This document shows positions 12,146 to 24,274 of a DNA stretch of 64,000 nucleotides, piece by piece (positions within the stretch are counted from its first letter, which is position 1; each line of letters opens with the position of its first letter). The stretch covers positions 29,700,001-29,764,000 of the forward strand of contig NW_024704743.1 of the NCBI RefSeq assembly GCF_018977255.1, in the 5' to 3' direction. The stretch is from Callorhinchus milii. Lineage: Eukaryota. The translations under genes and the position numbers were made by a program. Under the pieces are notes generated by a model, which was given only the letters and a program-made list of their open reading frames with translations, searched no databases and had not been told where the DNA came from.

Positions 12146-13014
12146 AAAGATATTAAACCTAAATAACAAACAACAACAAATTGCACTGCTTTAGGGCCTT
12201 TTAGAAATAAATATTCTCTAGTATGATAACAGCTGACAGTTTCTGGTTTCGTATATTCTGTTGCATGCTTCAGCTTCTACATTTCTGTCCAGTTTCAAAT
12301 TATTTTCAGTAGGAGCATGCGCTGTTGTTGATTGAGTAGCTTTCATGTGGCAGACCCAGCACATTCCTCTCATTGCTCCTTTGCTGCCAAACCAATAAAC
12401 AGTTCCCCTGAAGCTCTATAGCTATCCTATATTGGGACTCAGCAGCAAAATGATATTTACCACAGTTTAATATGGACAAACAAGAGCTAGTATTTGTTAA
12501 ACGTCTTTGCTCCAGTACTTATACTGTCAAGTAGATTCTGCTTATGTTAAGTCTGTAGAGTATGCACTTTGGAAGAATCAATCATGTAATAGAATGATTT
12601 ATCAACATTAGCTGAACACTCAATTTTGTTATTGCTTTGTATTGCACTCCTACGGATTTCTTTTATTCTTTATAGTTGTGCAGAGTGAATTGAATTCAGA
12701 ATACAGCTGGTCCAATATTACAGCAACTGTTAGCAAATAAGAAAATGTTATCTTAATGTTTAAAATCGAGCTCTGATTGTTGGTAGAGACTCAACGGATC
12801 CAATGGCCTCCTTTCGTCTTGTAAATGTCTCTGATTCTTTGTGTTATGATTTTATCTATAATTTTGATTAGTATCCACTAAAATCACCATTCCCACCTTC
12901 ATCCTTTTTAATCCTCAAAAGAAAATCTCAAACATTGATTTTCCAAAAGAGCTTCTCAAATATCAGAAGCAGCTTCATTTCTATAATAATAACTGAATAA
13001 AAAAAACTAAAATA

Positions 13015-13325
13015 AGACAGCAACAATTTTCATTGATCTAAAGCTTTTTACTTCAGGAGAATATCTCAAAGAACTTCACAAAACTGACTGAGAGCCCAAA
13101 TTGGGTGGGAGAAGGTGAGCATCAGATGGGAAAGCTGAAGAGGTAAATTTTAAGGCAGGCTTTAAAGGCAAAGAGGGAGGGGGCAAAGTGGAAGACTCTG
13201 AGATGGAGTACCAGAGAATGAGGACAGAATGCTGAAGGCTCATCCACTGATAGTGGGATGGAGTGGGAGTGGGGAGAATGTAAAGCAGGCCAGTGTTTGC
13301 TGAGCAGAGGGAGCAACAAAGTTTG
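13015..13325 (-). mobile_element. Decayed L2 3' end
   Basis: caacaattttcattgatctaaagc...ttttaaggcaggctttaaaggc...atggagtaccagag; minus ORF ends FKACLKIYLF. Confidence 0.65.
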
Positions 13326-13759
13326 GGAATGTAGACAATACATTGCTATAATTATAGAATTGCCTCATGTTCTTCAGCCTAGAATTAATCCATAATAATA
13401 GTACCATTTAATGTAGTACCATAACACATTGTCAAAACAATGTCCAGATGTGCGCAATTATATTTGTGTGCAAATTAGAAGCTGTGTATTATCACTAAAA
13501 TATAGTCAGTACACTTTCTGATATGAAAGGCACTATAACAAATACCAAGGATTTTATTATAATGTTAATCTTCATTGCAAACTATTGTTACAACCACTTA
13601 TCATTTTATTAAATCACCATTCCATTTAATTCAATATGAGAGTCCAATTCAACAAAATGAAGATATGGGTAGCTAAAGAAACAGATGGTAATAGGTTAGA
13701 AAAGATTTAAAAAAACGGATAACCAAGATTTTCAGAACAGAGCTGGTTGCCACAGTGAA

Positions 13760-14210
13760 CCAACAACAACAACTTGCACTTATATAGCACTCTTCACGCG
13801 GGGTAGTGTCCTGGAACGCTGCACAGTGGCGGAGTCTGACAATGAGCCAGGAGGAGAGGTGACCATAAGCACGATCAAAAAGGAAGGTCTTTAGATGGGA
13901 TTTGAAAGTGGGGAGGGGAGAGGCATGGTGGAGGGATTGAGGGAGAGAGCCAAAGTTTCAGGGAGTAGTAGCTGAAGGCATGGCCACCGGTGATGGAATG
14001 GAGGGCACAAGAGACATATAGGAGGCAGGAGCCAGCCGAGCGGAGGCAGTGGGTGGGGGGTTAGCAGAACGGATAGTAGGCAGATGTGAGGGAATTAAGT
14101 GATTTGAAAACAAGTGAAAGGATCTTGAAATCGATCCCTTCAGTGAAGCCTGGCAAGGACTGGTGTGATGGGGGAGTATCCGGGCGGCCGAGTTTTGAAT
14201 TAATTGGAAT
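13760..14210 (-). mobile_element. L2 LINE 3' end (subfamily B)
   Basis: (CAA)n ttgcacttatatagcactcttcacgcggggtagtg; gatcttgaaatcgatcc (RIDFKI); cgggcggccgagttttgaat (IQNSAAR). Confidence 0.85.
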
Positions 14211-17200
14211 GAAAAGAATTACTGGTATGTTTAGGGAAAGAGTTTAAACCATTAAATTACTAATCCACAGTCGTAGGTTTAAATTCCCAAAACAGCTTGA
14301 GGCATAGCTCAGATATCTGGATTATCCTGATTTTGGATGCCCAACAATCTACTCTTGAACCACGTACAAGAATAGCACACAGTGCAGCGTACAATGCCAA
14401 TGCCTTTTTTGGAAGTGCAACAATGAAATGCAGCTGCAGTCTGGATTAATCAATCAATACAATCACGTTTCTAATTCTGTGCAATAGCTGATCTTTTTCT
14501 TCTTTCTGTCTCCAAGCTTTTCCATGGTCACAGATAGTGTGAATGACAGCACTGACGTCAGCACTAGCATTGCTGACTAAAATGTCATCTCTTAGTCAGT
14601 TTGGCCCTCCTCAGTAATTTAACACCTGCTATTTACTGCTTTCTATTTCCATGATCTACAAAACTTGTCTATCATTTTTCATATTGCTCAACACTCAACA
14701 TCTAGTTATGTCTACAATGTTCATATGATTTTAAGGGTAGAGCAAAGCGCATTGGCATCATGTGAACACTTCTTCCAAAACTCAAAATGGTAAACTCCTA
14801 AAAACAAAATGGATTATATAATATTTTTTTCTGATTTGCAGCAAAATTGGTGAGTGTTGATGACACAAATTAACTTCAGGGACAATCACAACTTTAACCA
14901 AAAAAGGTGTTTTACTTGAAGAAAGTGGCATAGCCACATCTCTTATCTACTGTTGGACTCCTGTATGTCAGACTCATTCTTGATAGTACTCTCGCCCTAA
15001 ATCAGAATGCTTTAGATTACAGATCTGTCACTTCTGGCAACAAAACAGTTGCATTGACAGAGTTAAAGTAGGCTTCTGTGGCCTAAACAAGTCCCAGCCA
15101 TGAAGCACAGCCTAATGCAATGACTGGCTTATTTAACAACAAACTGCATTTAGCCTTTATATAACGTCGGGAGGACATCCCAAGGCACTGCACGATAGAA
15201 TTACAAAAGCAAAGTATATAAAATTTATTTTCCCTGATGCCTGTGTAAACTTTCAACTTTCAACCAGCATGAAATAGATTTTCTGCAATAACAATTCAGA
15301 TGAAATGAGATCCTGTATTTTCTTTGGCTAGTCTAAAGAAAGAACCTCTGTGAATATTTCTTGCATCAGATAAGCATTATCTCTGCAACATTTTAAGTGT
15401 TGTTTTGCAACAGTTTTTTAAAAAGAAAAATCTGAAACCTGAATAAGATGCATAAATTTCAGAACATAATGGTATCAAGAAATTAAAATTCTTTGCTAAA
15501 TAAATTGGAATTACAATTTTTGTGTATCAGAGGTAAATGTTTAGAGATTAGCTGTCATGAATCATTGGCTAATTTGTTCATTGCTGTGCAGTCGCTGATG
15601 CAAGGAAAAACTCAAGATCAACAAATAAGCTGCTTCAAAATTATATGACATTCTACCCTTTTGAATTGTCCACACTAATCTGGATAATAATTGGATTAAT
15701 TTCTGGCGTTACACTGCTTATAGCTTTAGAATGCACTTCTATCAGAGTTGGCACCAACTGATATCTGGAGCGACACAGCTAAATGTTTTTTAAAAAAAAC
15801 AGTTTTATTGGTAATACAAATACTTCTTGAATGTGCTCCAAACACCATTGCAACAGTATGTAATTTGAAGAGTTCAATTACTTTTTTGGAAAATAGACAT
15901 GTCCCCGAGTGATATGAAGATGCAAGGAGATATAAAATGACAGAGACCCTAACCTCAAACTGGTGGATTGCTTAAAATATTATTTTGACATTAATCTTGG
16001 GCAACCTGACACGGTTTCATGTTCATGGCTATATATCTATTTTTGTGTGTGTTGGGGGTGGGGGGTTGGTGGTGGAGGGGAGTAGGGTGACTGCTAAATT
16101 GGTTGCTGGTGGTATAATTCATCATTTAATAGACACCGAAATCACTAGTGCACACATGGTCATCATTTGCTGCATGTATGCTATAGTACTGAAACTAGCT
16201 CAGTTTTATAGCTCTACCATTGAAATTTACAGCAGAGAAGAAGGCCATTCAACACATTGTATCTCTGCATTTCTAAGTTAATGAGGTATTGAGCCTGTCT
16301 ATGAAAATACAAGCGCCTTCTCAAGAGGTAGTTAGTTTTCTCTATGTCGCAACAAATCAATTGTTTATCTGCAGGAATATCAACGATATCCCAGCTATCA
16401 GATACCAACATGAAGTCAGTATTTGAAATCTCCAAAAGCTGCACAAGCCCTAACTCCCAAACTGCATCCCTACATTCAGTCATTTATTTGGTAACTGATG
16501 CAGTCCAATCCATCTTGCAATGCAAATACCATGATCTTTGCAAGACTGCTAAATCATTCCAGTACAATTCCATGAGAAGACACAGACCTAATATTCTCAA
16601 ACTGAATTGATTTGATATTTTATTTTAGGGGGTTTTACATCCTTGGGGAAGTAACGTAACAGTTTCAGACAGATTAAACTATTAGTTTATCCAGCATACC
16701 ATCCAACTTCCCATATGAAATGCAATGTATGATCCTTCCTTTGTAAGTCAATTGACGACAAAGCGTCTAATATTCCTGAATTACCAGTAAATGTAGTAAA
16801 TTGTAATTTGAGGTCTGAAATTCTACTTTGTCTTTCCCAATTATTAAGATTGTATAGAATTGTGGAAAGTTCTTAGATTTAAAGGCTGTTTTCTTCAGTT
16901 GCTGAAAAAAAACAGCTTCCAAATTAAGTCTGAATTTAAGAATTTTCTACAACTCTGCACATGCAGAATTTGAAGAAAAAATGGTATTATTGGCTAAGAT
17001 TAAGTCATTTTCTTACTCCACCATTGTTTATGAGTAGCCCTTCAATGAATGTATGCTGGATGTTTCTGGTTTACTGTCACGACTCACATTTCCCTACATT
17101 GAAAACCATTTTCCTTGGGGGCAACCAGACATTGTTCTATCCAACATTTACAGCAAAATCCTTGGTGCTGCTGTGACAAGTGAATGCTACAAAAAACATT

Positions 17201-17297
17201 TTAAAATGTATTGCAATGTTTCCTAACTAAAGATTTCACTCTGAGAAGTGTTTTATTTGTTCTCAATCTGCAACCAACGTGAGCTTTCAGTGATGCA

Positions 17298-17712
17298 CAA
17301 TAATAATCCTTGCATTTGAAACAGGACTTTATCATGTCTTGGAAATGTCTCAAAGTGCTTCACAGGATTTATTGTAAAGTGTAATGACTGTGTATTTGTA
17401 GGCAAACTCAGTGGTCAATTTGTCTTCAGCAGTGTCCTACAGCCATGAAGTAAATTATTTATTTTATCTGGAGGATTGTTAGCCAGGACACTGGTAGAAA
17501 CTCCCTCCTCTTTTCAAGTAGAACTATGGGTTTTTGACCAGGCAGATGGGACCTCAGTTTTTAATGTCTAATTCCAACAATGCAGCAAATGACATCTCCC
17601 AGCATCGCACTCGAATGTCAGTATAGACTATGAGATCAAAGTCCTCATGTGGACTTGAAATTATAATGTTCTGTTACAGAGGCGTGAATGCTACCAAATG
17701 CACTAAACTGAT
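17298..17712 (-). mobile_element. SacSINE1-like Deu SINE, decayed full length
   Basis: aataataatccttgcatttg ... caggcagatgggacctcagttt ... cagaggcgtgaatgctacc. Confidence 0.8.
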
Positions 17713-18229
17713 ACCGATGACAATGATTTTGATGTGATGGGAGGAAAGCAGGTGTTATAGTCCCTGTGCTGAAATGTTTGACAGCCTACAAAGAAAGTTT
17801 GTTGGAAATCTTTGGAGGAGAAGCTATAATGGGCTCAAAGGACGTCAATGGCATTTTCCCCCTACCCAGGCTGAAGTAGCTACATATTTCCATCCTAATT
17901 ATATGGCTACAGCAGCGCAGCCATGCAATGATAGAAACAAACATAGTGTAGGATACATTTTTTAAATTTGCACTGTCATCAGTGACAGACATACAACATT
18001 TCAGTTTGTCAGGAACCACATGAAACGTATTTTAGCAGAAATGGCTGAGTTAGATGTGAACCCTGTGTATGTGTGAGTGTGGGTGTGAGTGTAGAGGACT
18101 GAGGGTGGTGGGGGTGGGGAGGCGGTGGTGAAAGTGCAGCCGGCAAAGGAACAAGAAGGAATATCAGAATCCCCAAGTGTCTTTGTTCACCAGGAAGCCT
18201 TACAGCCTACAGTCTCAACCAGTGTCATC

Positions 18230-18415
18230 ACACTCAGCTACTATACCCTGCTCTATGAAACGTTTTTCCAAAATAAATTCACCAAGCGCCTTCTCTTCCT
18301 GCTTTTAAATCCCTCTTAAAAACCTCACTTTGATTGTGCCTTTGATAATATCCTCAAATTCCTCTATCTTTTTCAGTTGCATGAGGGACGCTATTTGAAT
18401 GCAAGTTGTTGTTGT
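18230..18415 (+). mobile_element. Decayed L2 3' end
   Basis: tttaaatccctcttaaaacctcactttgattgtgcc; catgagggacgctatttgaatgcaagttgttgttg. Confidence 0.7.
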
Positions 18416-18464
18416 ATGTGAAAAGTGCTTTATAAGTGAAAATTGTTGCTTAAAATGCTGAATT

Positions 18465-18573
18465 TAATAATAATACTTGCATTTGATATAGCGCTTTTTA
18501 CGTCTTTGAGACGTCTCAAAGCACTTCACAGAATATACTGTAAAGTGAATTGACTGTATATTTGTAGGTGAAA
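18465..18573 (-). mobile_element. SINE 3' tail fragment
   Basis: taataatacttgcatttgatatagcgc...gagacgtctcaaagcacttcacagaatatac. Confidence 0.8.
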
Positions 18574-19324
18574 TGCTTTTTTTTGTGATTTGTAATTTGT
18601 CCTTGTTCCCCTTTTCTGCTCTCTCAAAGAGCATTTGACAGACAGATCTAGCATTTGTAGCCCTGTGAGACATATTGCAAAAACAAAGTTAACAGGCTTT
18701 TTTCTCATTGCTTTTATTATTTCAGATACAGAGTATCACTTAGAAATGATGTAGCATGGAAACAGGTCATTCAGCCCAACTGGTCTGTGCCAGACTAGTT
18801 GTCAAGTATCACTGCATGTCAAATAGCCTGCTTGCCAAGACATACTCTTAGTTATAGAGTCTCACGTTCAATCAACACCCCTTTAAAATCTGATAAAAAA
18901 TAAATAGCACTAACTTTAATAGTCTCTGGGTTCTGGCTGAATCAAGGGAAAGGACTTGGAGATGCTACTGGGCCTAAGGAAGTGTGACAGATTAATTAGG
19001 CTGCTGAAATAAAGAAATGACAAGATTGCTTTAACTCAGAGAGTATGTAACCCCATATGGTGGTCTTCAATTAGCTCACATTTCTGGGCAAATTAACTTT
19101 TCTGAGTCAAATGATATCATCGATCCTCACAACTGAAATGGAAACATTAAGAGCAACTGGGGAGAAATTCCACCGTGGTCTGTATTTACATTGTTCATGT
19201 AGAATTTTAGAGCATCCAGAATTTGGCAAATTGTTGAACTCTGTCTTAACTTTGAAGTTGTTTTTCTGCGGTTTCTTATAAGTCATAGGAAACCGGGTTC
19301 AAAATTAAGATTAAACATACAAAT

Positions 19325-19545
19325 CTCCAGTGCAGAAGAGTCATTGGGCCCATGGAGTCTGCACCTGCTCACAGAGCAGGAATAATGCTTCAGTTCCACA
19401 GCCCACCTTATCCCCACACCCCTTCAAGGCCCTCTCTTTCATATGCCTGTCTAATTCCCTCTTGAAAACCACAATGGACTTAGCGTCCAACACATTCCAA
19501 CCACTCTCTAGGTGAAAAAATTCCTCCTAAATTCTCTTCTCCCTA
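19325..19545 (-). mobile_element. CR1 LINE 3' end
   Basis: gagtcattgggcccatggagtctgc...cacattccaaccactctctaggtgaaaaaattcctcc, as at 54075-54290. Confidence 0.7.
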
Positions 19546-19669
19546 AATTATTATTATTATCATCATGGCATATCTTTGTATGGTCATATTTGTTAAATTA
19601 TTTATTTGTTAAAATAATTGCTGGTAGTCTGATAGAACCTCATCAAACAATTAACTATACTACTTTAAA

Positions 19670-19785
19670 AATCATTTTGCCCACAAATACACAGTTAATT
19701 TACTTTACAATATATCCTGTGAAGTGCTTTGAGACATCAACGAGGTGATAAGACACTATATCAAATGCAAAGATTATTATTATCA
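19670..19785 (+). mobile_element. SINE 3' fragment
   Basis: tttgcccacaaatacacag...gaagtgctttgagac...tatcaaatgcaaagattattatt. Confidence 0.75.
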
Positions 19786-20184
19786 ATAGATTCTTCTAAT
19801 TGATTTATTTTGAACTAACTATTTTAACTCAGTGTTGTTTTATTTGAAGTTGTTCAGTTGGTTTGACGTCAGAGATCCTATATTATATGCAGCGGACAAT
19901 ATTATTTCATCAATGAGATAGTTTTCGTATCTCATCAATAAGAACAGAGGGAGCACTGCAGCACTGTGATAAGTTTTCTAACACAAATTCTGAATTTCAA
20001 TAACCATCAGCATGCAGAGTCTGCTTTCTGTGACATTAAAATGTGTATACTCAGCTCTCTTTGACATTCAGAAATACATAAATGCAAGGATTATTATTAT
20101 ATTGTGCCCTCTGTAAATGGCATTAAGCAATGTATACTCCACTCCCTGTGATAAATACATAGTTTGCTCTCGGTGACAAAAAAA

Positions 20185-20502
20185 TGTGGAGTCCTGTAGC
20201 TCAGTGGTTAGAGCACTCGCTTTGCAAGTGAGAGACCTGAGTTCAATTCCAGGCAGGTCAGGGCGAAACCTTGGGCAAGTTTCCTTACTCCACACAGAGC
20301 CTAATAATAATCCCTCCAAAACCAAAAACAATAATAAATTGGTCATTTTCATTCTACGACTGTTTGTGGGACATTGCTGTGCGTTCGCCCACAAATATAC
20401 AGTCAATTCACTTTACAGTGTGTTCTGTGAAGCGCTTTGGGATGTCCTCCTGACATGAAAAGCGCTATATCAAATGCAAGGATTATTATTATTATATTAT
20501 TA
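20185..20502 (+). mobile_element. tRNA-Ala-derived Deu SINE, short (internally deleted) form, full length, young
   Basis: A box tagctcagtggttagagc; anticodon arm ctcgc-tttgcaa-gtgag (TGC); B box gagttcaattcc; Deu block; L2-type stem-loop; (ATT)n tail. Confidence 0.95.
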
Positions 20503-20824
20503 TTCCCGCGGGCCAGGGAGAAACATTAGGCAAGTTTCCTTACTCCACATGCCTCTGTTTACCTAGCAGTAAGTAGGAACTCAGGTCTTAGTCGATTGGC
20601 GGATTGATTTTCCGGGGATAATAATCCCTTAAAAAAAATAATAATAATAATTTGGTAACTCAATCCACAATGTTTGTGGAACACTGCTTTGTGCAATTGG
20701 CAGCCGCATTTCGCCCACACAATATACAGTCAATTCACTTTACAGTATATTTTGTGAAATGCTTTGAGACATCTCAAAGACATGTTAAGGAACTATATCA
20801 AATGCAAGGATTAATATTATTATT
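20503..20824 (+). mobile_element. tRNA-Ala-type Deu SINE, long form, lacking its own tRNA head
   Basis: ggcaagtttccttactccacatgcctctgtttacctagcagtaagtagg...gtgcaattggcagccgc...aaatgcaaggattaatattat. Confidence 0.9.
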
Positions 20825-21629
20825 ATAAATACATAGTGTGCTCTCTGTGATTGACAATAAGAAATGTCTGCTCTGAAATCCTACAAATAAAGACCACTAG
20901 ACTTTTTGGGCAGGATACAATGAAGTATGTTGAATCTAACACTTGACGAAAACCACATACACAATTGACATACTCAGTTTAAGGCAGATGGGTATTGCAC
21001 TGCATATAGTTAACATCCTGGATTTGCTGTTCTGAGAAAAGCTGCCTAACTAAGGGAGGACAGGAAGCATTTGACAATATGTCAACCTAAAAATCTGATT
21101 TGTGGGCCCAACAACAATAGCATTGGACCCTCGAAAACAGGTTGATTTCCTATCCTCTTGTAAAAGGAATTGCCTGTAGGGGAAGGGGTGAGAATGGAAC
21201 AACAAGATATTAAGAGAAAGAAGGTACAAAAATAAGAGGGGAATGGTATAAAGAATGAGGCTATTTAAAAATCAGACAGCAACAGACTTTGATGCATATA
21301 ATGTAAAACCATTTAATTCAATGCCCGCTTTCCAACAAGGCCGACTGCTTCAAAGTTGTATATTTTTGCACAATCAATAAGGGTTTCGTTGTCTATCACG
21401 TTAAAGTGAAGGTAAGTTTTGATTGATTTTTTTTTGCCCATTTATTTCCATGCAACCACTTCAGAGCAAGAATATAGTGAAATTAAATGGGCAACGAAAG
21501 ATACCGGTTCTACAGTTATAAAGTCTAGAGCCATAAAGAGTCATTCTCCAGTTTATAATAGGAAAATCCATTATAAGCTAACTCTGCAAAGGTCAGTAAA
21601 TTTACAAGATAATAAATCATAGATAAGAA

Positions 21630-21838
21630 TAATAATCCAATAAAAATAAAAATTTGGTCACTCAAACCTAACTGCTTGTGGCGACACTGCTGAGTGCAAT
21701 TGGCTGCCGCATTTTGCCCCCAAAAATATACATTCAATCCACTTTACAGTATATTCTATGAAACTCTTTGAGACATCTCGAAAATGTGATAAAGCGCTAC
21801 ATCAAATGCAAGGATTATTATTTATTACTATTATTATA
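21630..21838 (+). mobile_element. tRNA-Ala-type Deu SINE 3' half
   Basis: gtgcaattggctgccgcattttgccc...aaatgcaaggattattatt. Confidence 0.85.
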
Positions 21839-22424
21839 GAGAATCAGATGTGCTCCCGCTGCCAAGGCTGGTATACCCCCGAGCATATTTCAAAGCGTTA
21901 GCAAATATTTTTTTGCATTCTCAGACAGGGTTGGATTACGCACTAATACTTCACCAAGCCATGTTAATACCACGTTTACATTCTTGACAGATATGAAAAG
22001 TAATGGTCAACTTTGTCCCCTCAAGTCTTGTTGGGAACAGAAATGGTGCATTTTGGCAACGTTTGCTTTGGGTACTACATGTCCAAAAACAAATAAGAAA
22101 TCCAAAAATTTCCAAATATATTTGCAGTTCTCTTGAAAACTGTCCTATTAGTAATGCTGCTTTCTATTGTGGGGATTTGAATTGCATTCAGTACTATTTA
22201 TATTTGAGATTTGGAATGCAATTGATGACAATGAATTTGTTCTGTGTCAAGAGTGCAAGAGTTTCAAGAGTGTCTATCAAATTCTGACAGCTAAAAACAG
22301 CAATTGTTTTATAAGGTCTAGTTTGTGGGTTATACATGAGAAATGTGTAAATATATGTGTAAAAAGTGAATTTTGCAATTAACAACCAATGTAAAGGAAT
22401 CTTGAATCACCTTGTTGTTGATAA

Positions 22425-22750
22425 TGTGGAATCCTGTAGCTCAGTGGTTAGAGCGCTCGCCATGCAAGCGAGAGACCTGAGTTCAATTCCAGGCAGGGCG
22501 AAACCTTGGGCAAGTTTCCTTACTCCACACGTCTAATAATAATCCCTCCAAAAAACAGAACAATAATAAATTGGTCATTTTCAATCCATGACTGTTTGTG
22601 GGACACTGCTGTGCGCAATTGGCTGCCGCATTTCGCCCACAAATATACAGTCAATTCACTTACAGTATATTCTGTGAAGCGCTTTGAGACATCTAGAAGT
22701 TGTGAAAAGCGCTATATCAAATGCAAGGATTATTGTTATTATTATTATAT
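22425..22750 (+). mobile_element. tRNA-Ala-derived Deu SINE, short form, full length
   Basis: tgtggaatcctgtagctcagtggttagagcgctcgccatgcaagcgag...gagttcaattcc...tail. Confidence 0.95.
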
Positions 22751-22829
22751 AATTTTTATTGCCAACCCTGGATTCCTTTTTGTTGGCATTTAATTACGCA
22801 ATTAGGTCCATTTGCAATTCTTCTCTTAT

Positions 22830-24067
22830 AACAACATACAACAAGATTACATTTGTATAGCACCCTTCACGTTGGGAGGACGTCCCAAGGCCCTGGACAG
22901 TGTACAGGATTTCAGACCCGAGGTGGGGTCTGGGGGGAGAATGGAGGGGAGGGGAAGGGGGGTGGCCGATGGCATGGTCGAAGAGGAGGGTTTTGCGGCG
23001 GGATTTGAAGGAGGCTAAGGATGGGGTGAGGTGGAGTGATTGGGGGATGGAGTTCCAGAGGTTGGGGGCAGAGTGGCTGAAGACTCTCCCGCCAATGGAG
23101 CGACGGTGGGTTGGGGGATATGGAGCAGGCCAGAGCCAGCTGAGCGGAGGGAGCGGGCGGATTGGTAGGGGCTTAGGAGGTCGCAGAGGTAGGGTGGGGC
23201 GAGGCCATGGAGGGCTTTGTAGGTGAGGAACAGAATCTTGAACTGGATCCTCTGAAGGATAGGGAGCCAATGGAGTTGGGCAAGAATGGGGGAGATGGGG
23301 TCACGGAGTTTGATGCAGGAGAGGACATGGGCTGCAGAGTTCTGGATTATCTGCAGCCTGTGGAGGGAGGTGTTGGGAAGGCCGACAAGCAGGGTGTTTG
23401 CATAGTCGAGGGTGGAGGTGATCAAGGCATGAACAAGAGTTTCAGCGGCCTGAGGGGTGAGGTAGTGGCGGAGTCGGGTGATGTTACGGAGGTGAGGGAA
23501 GGCAGAGCGGGTCATGGCTTGGATGTGGGGAAGAAAAGACAGTTGAGGGTCGAACAAGACACCCAGGTTCCTGACTGGCTTGATGAGTTGTACTGTGCAA
23601 CCATGGAGGTTGATGTTGCCAGAGCCTGAGGTGCAGAGGCGCCGGCGCGAGCCAATCAGGAGAGACTCAGTCTTGTTCACATTCAACTGTAGGAAATTTG
23701 CCTTCAAACAGGAATTGATGTCAGACAGGCAGTCTGTCAGGACAGCAGTGGTCCTGGAGTTGAGGGTGGAGGCAGAAAGATAGAGTTGGGTGTCATCCGC
23801 ATACATATGGAAGTTGACCCCATGTCTGTGGATGATGTCACTAAGGGGGAGCATGTAGATATTAAAGAGAAGAGGGCCAAGGACAGAGCCCTGGGGGACA
23901 CCAGATGTGACAATGCGGGGACTAGAGGAGAAACCGTTAGAGGCAACAAAGTGGAAACGGTGAGAGAGAGATAGGAATCGAACCAGGCAAGGGCAGGTCC
24001 GCGAAGATTAAGTAAAGAAGAAAGGCGGTGTATGAGGATGGAGTGGTCGACAGTGTCGACAGTGTCA
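22830..24067 (-). mobile_element. L2 LINE, 5'-truncated (~1.2 kb), RT C-terminal half
   Basis: ORF 23015-23854: [32 protein letters not shown]; upstream DTVDHSIL; subfamily A tail. Confidence 0.95.
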
Positions 24068-24274
24068 ACTGTCGACCACTCAATCCTCATCCATTTAAAC
24101 ATACAACAACAGCAACACAACATAATAATAAACACAATACAGAAATTAGGCCCTTATATGCATTTATAACAGCAAATCCCATTATGAACACAAATTAAAA
24201 CACTTGCTATTCAGGCATGATAGAGGCCATTGTGAATCAATTTATAAGGAGTATTCTTCCACTGGAATCATTTC

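Noticed and set aside
16374..16495. Possible plus-strand exon inside ORF 16344-16610 (tctgcag...TTG/gtaact)
   Set aside because: Weak donor, no recognisable protein and no compatible partner exons
20185..20260. tRNA-Ala(TGC)-like sequence with A and B boxes (also 22425, 37788, 46487, 61504)
   Set aside because: Each continues into a SINE body and tail and lacks a proper acceptor stem; these are SINE heads, not tRNA genes
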